Positions 63,092 to 64,000 of a DNA stretch of 64,000 bases are shown piece by piece (positions within the stretch are counted from its first letter, which is position 1; every line of letters starts with the position of its first letter). The stretch lies in IMG/VR virus record IMGVR_UViG_3300025770_001492, positions 124,001-188,000 of that record; one strand, written 5' to 3'. The translations under genes were made by a program, and so were the position numbers. The notes beneath the pieces were generated by a model, which saw only the letters and a program-made list of their open reading frames with translations, was not told the DNA's origin and searched no databases.

Positions 63092-64000
63092 ATGTCAATT
63101 CGTGCATTGCAAGATTATACGTATTATTCAAAATACGCACGTTACAACAAAAAAGAAATAAGAAGAGAAACATGGAATGAAGCGAGCGGTAGAGTCGAAG
63201 ACATGCACATTAGGAAGTACCCAGAAGTTGAAGAAGACATTAGGTGGGCGTTTAAGATTTCTAAAGATAAAAGAGTATTAGGATCACAAAGAGCATTGCA
63301 GTTCGGAGGCACTCCCATAGAAAAGAAAAATGCAAGAATGTATAATTGCACTGTTTCTTTTTGTGATCGGATGAGATTTTTTCAAGAGTGCTTTTGGCTT
63401 TTGCTTTGTGGATGTGGAACAGGATTTTCTGTTCAAAAACACCACATTGGAAAACTACCCGACTTTGTGGAAAATTTAAATGGTGAACGTGGACTCAGTT
63501 CCCGTAAAGAAAGAATATTCACAGTCCCAGATACAATTGAAGGCTGGGCAGATTCACTAGGAATTTTGCTGGCCACTTATATGCCTCATCCTGACTACCT
63601 CGACTGGAAAGGATGCAATGTTAAATTTGACTTTTCTCAAATCAGACCCAAAGGAGCACATTTGGCATCAGGAGTTGGAAAAGCTCCTGGTCCAGAACCT
63701 CTGATACAAGCTTTGAAAACGATTAGGGAAATGCTTGATGAGCGTGTAAAGCAAGGCCACACACGTCTGAGGACAATCGATGCATATGATGTAATTATGC
63801 ACGCTAGTGATGCGGTTTTGTCTGGTGGCGTTCGTAGATCTGCAACCATTTGCATTTTCGCACCAGACGATGAAGACATGATTAATGCAAAAACGGGGAA
63901 TTGGTTTGTCGATAACCCTCAACGAGCACGATCTAACAACTCTGCACTGTTGCTAAGAAACGAAACTTCAAAAGATGAATTTGAAAAAATTATGACTGCT
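63092..64000 (+). CDS. nrdJ: class II (B12-dependent) ribonucleotide reductase, partial
   Basis: SKYAR..RRETW, GSQRALQFGG, YNC, LCGCGTGFSV, GKAPGPEPL, GGVRRSA, R..SNNS; open to the window end. Confidence 0.88.
   Translation, partial: MSIRALQDYTYYSKYARYNKKEIRRETWNEASGRVEDMHIRKYPEVEEDIRWAFKISKDKRVLGSQRALQFGGTPIEKKNARMYNCTVSFCDRMRFFQECFWLLLCGCGTGFSVQKHHIGKLPDFVENLNGERGLSSRKERIFTVPDTIEGWADSLGILLATYMPHPDYLDWKGCNVKFDFSQIRPKGAHLASGVGKAPGPEPLIQALKTIREMLDERVKQGHTRLRTIDAYDVIMHASDAVLSGGVRRSATICIFAPDDEDMINAKTGNWFVDNPQRARSNNSALLLRNETSKDEFEKIMTA

Noticed and set aside
1-64000. CRISPR array, integrase, transposase or reverse transcriptase
   Set aside because: No regularly spaced repeat-spacer array and no such protein motifs seen; the repeats found are coding or short
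1-64000. Alternative genetic code (stop-codon recoding)
   Set aside because: Conserved genes are intact in the standard code and no suppressor tRNA is seen

Overview
The window is a segment of a large, AT-rich, T4-like (huge/jumbo-type) phage genome read in the standard genetic code. No integrase, rRNA, CRISPR array or IS element is visible. It holds a T4-like replication/recombination set (UvsX/RecA, gp32, UvsY, gp41, gp59-like, UvsW, gp46/gp47, a gp55-like sigma fragment) plus a Ski2/Hel308-like helicase and a thumb-less family A polymerase. Nucleotide-metabolism genes are guaC, folA, thyA, a dNMP kinase, pyrB, pyrE and a partial nrdJ. There is a large, dispersed glycan-decoration toolkit (about 5 glycosyltransferases, about 7 methyltransferase genes, 2 sulfotransferases, HldE, RmlC, a cupin) and a block of paralogous tail-fibre-like genes. 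Two tRNAs are present, one being tRNA-Leu(UAA) with a compact group I intron and a short variable loop. The best candidates for undescribed biology are: (1) a ~500-nt, fully structured non-coding element with back-to-back promoters and iteron-like repeats directly upstream of the thumb-less PolA, in the helicase/loader locus; (2) a scattered set of genes sharing a T4 capsid-targeting-like peptide (F-x-x-W/F-L/I..E), mostly behind a TANATA-N4-7-ATG leaderless promoter motif, including a phosphatase-ArdC-metallopeptidase fusion with a second internal copy of the peptide; (3) three intergenic T-loop (tRNA-elbow-like) RNAs that are not tRNAs. All product calls come from motifs recognised by eye, and no database searches or folding programs were run.
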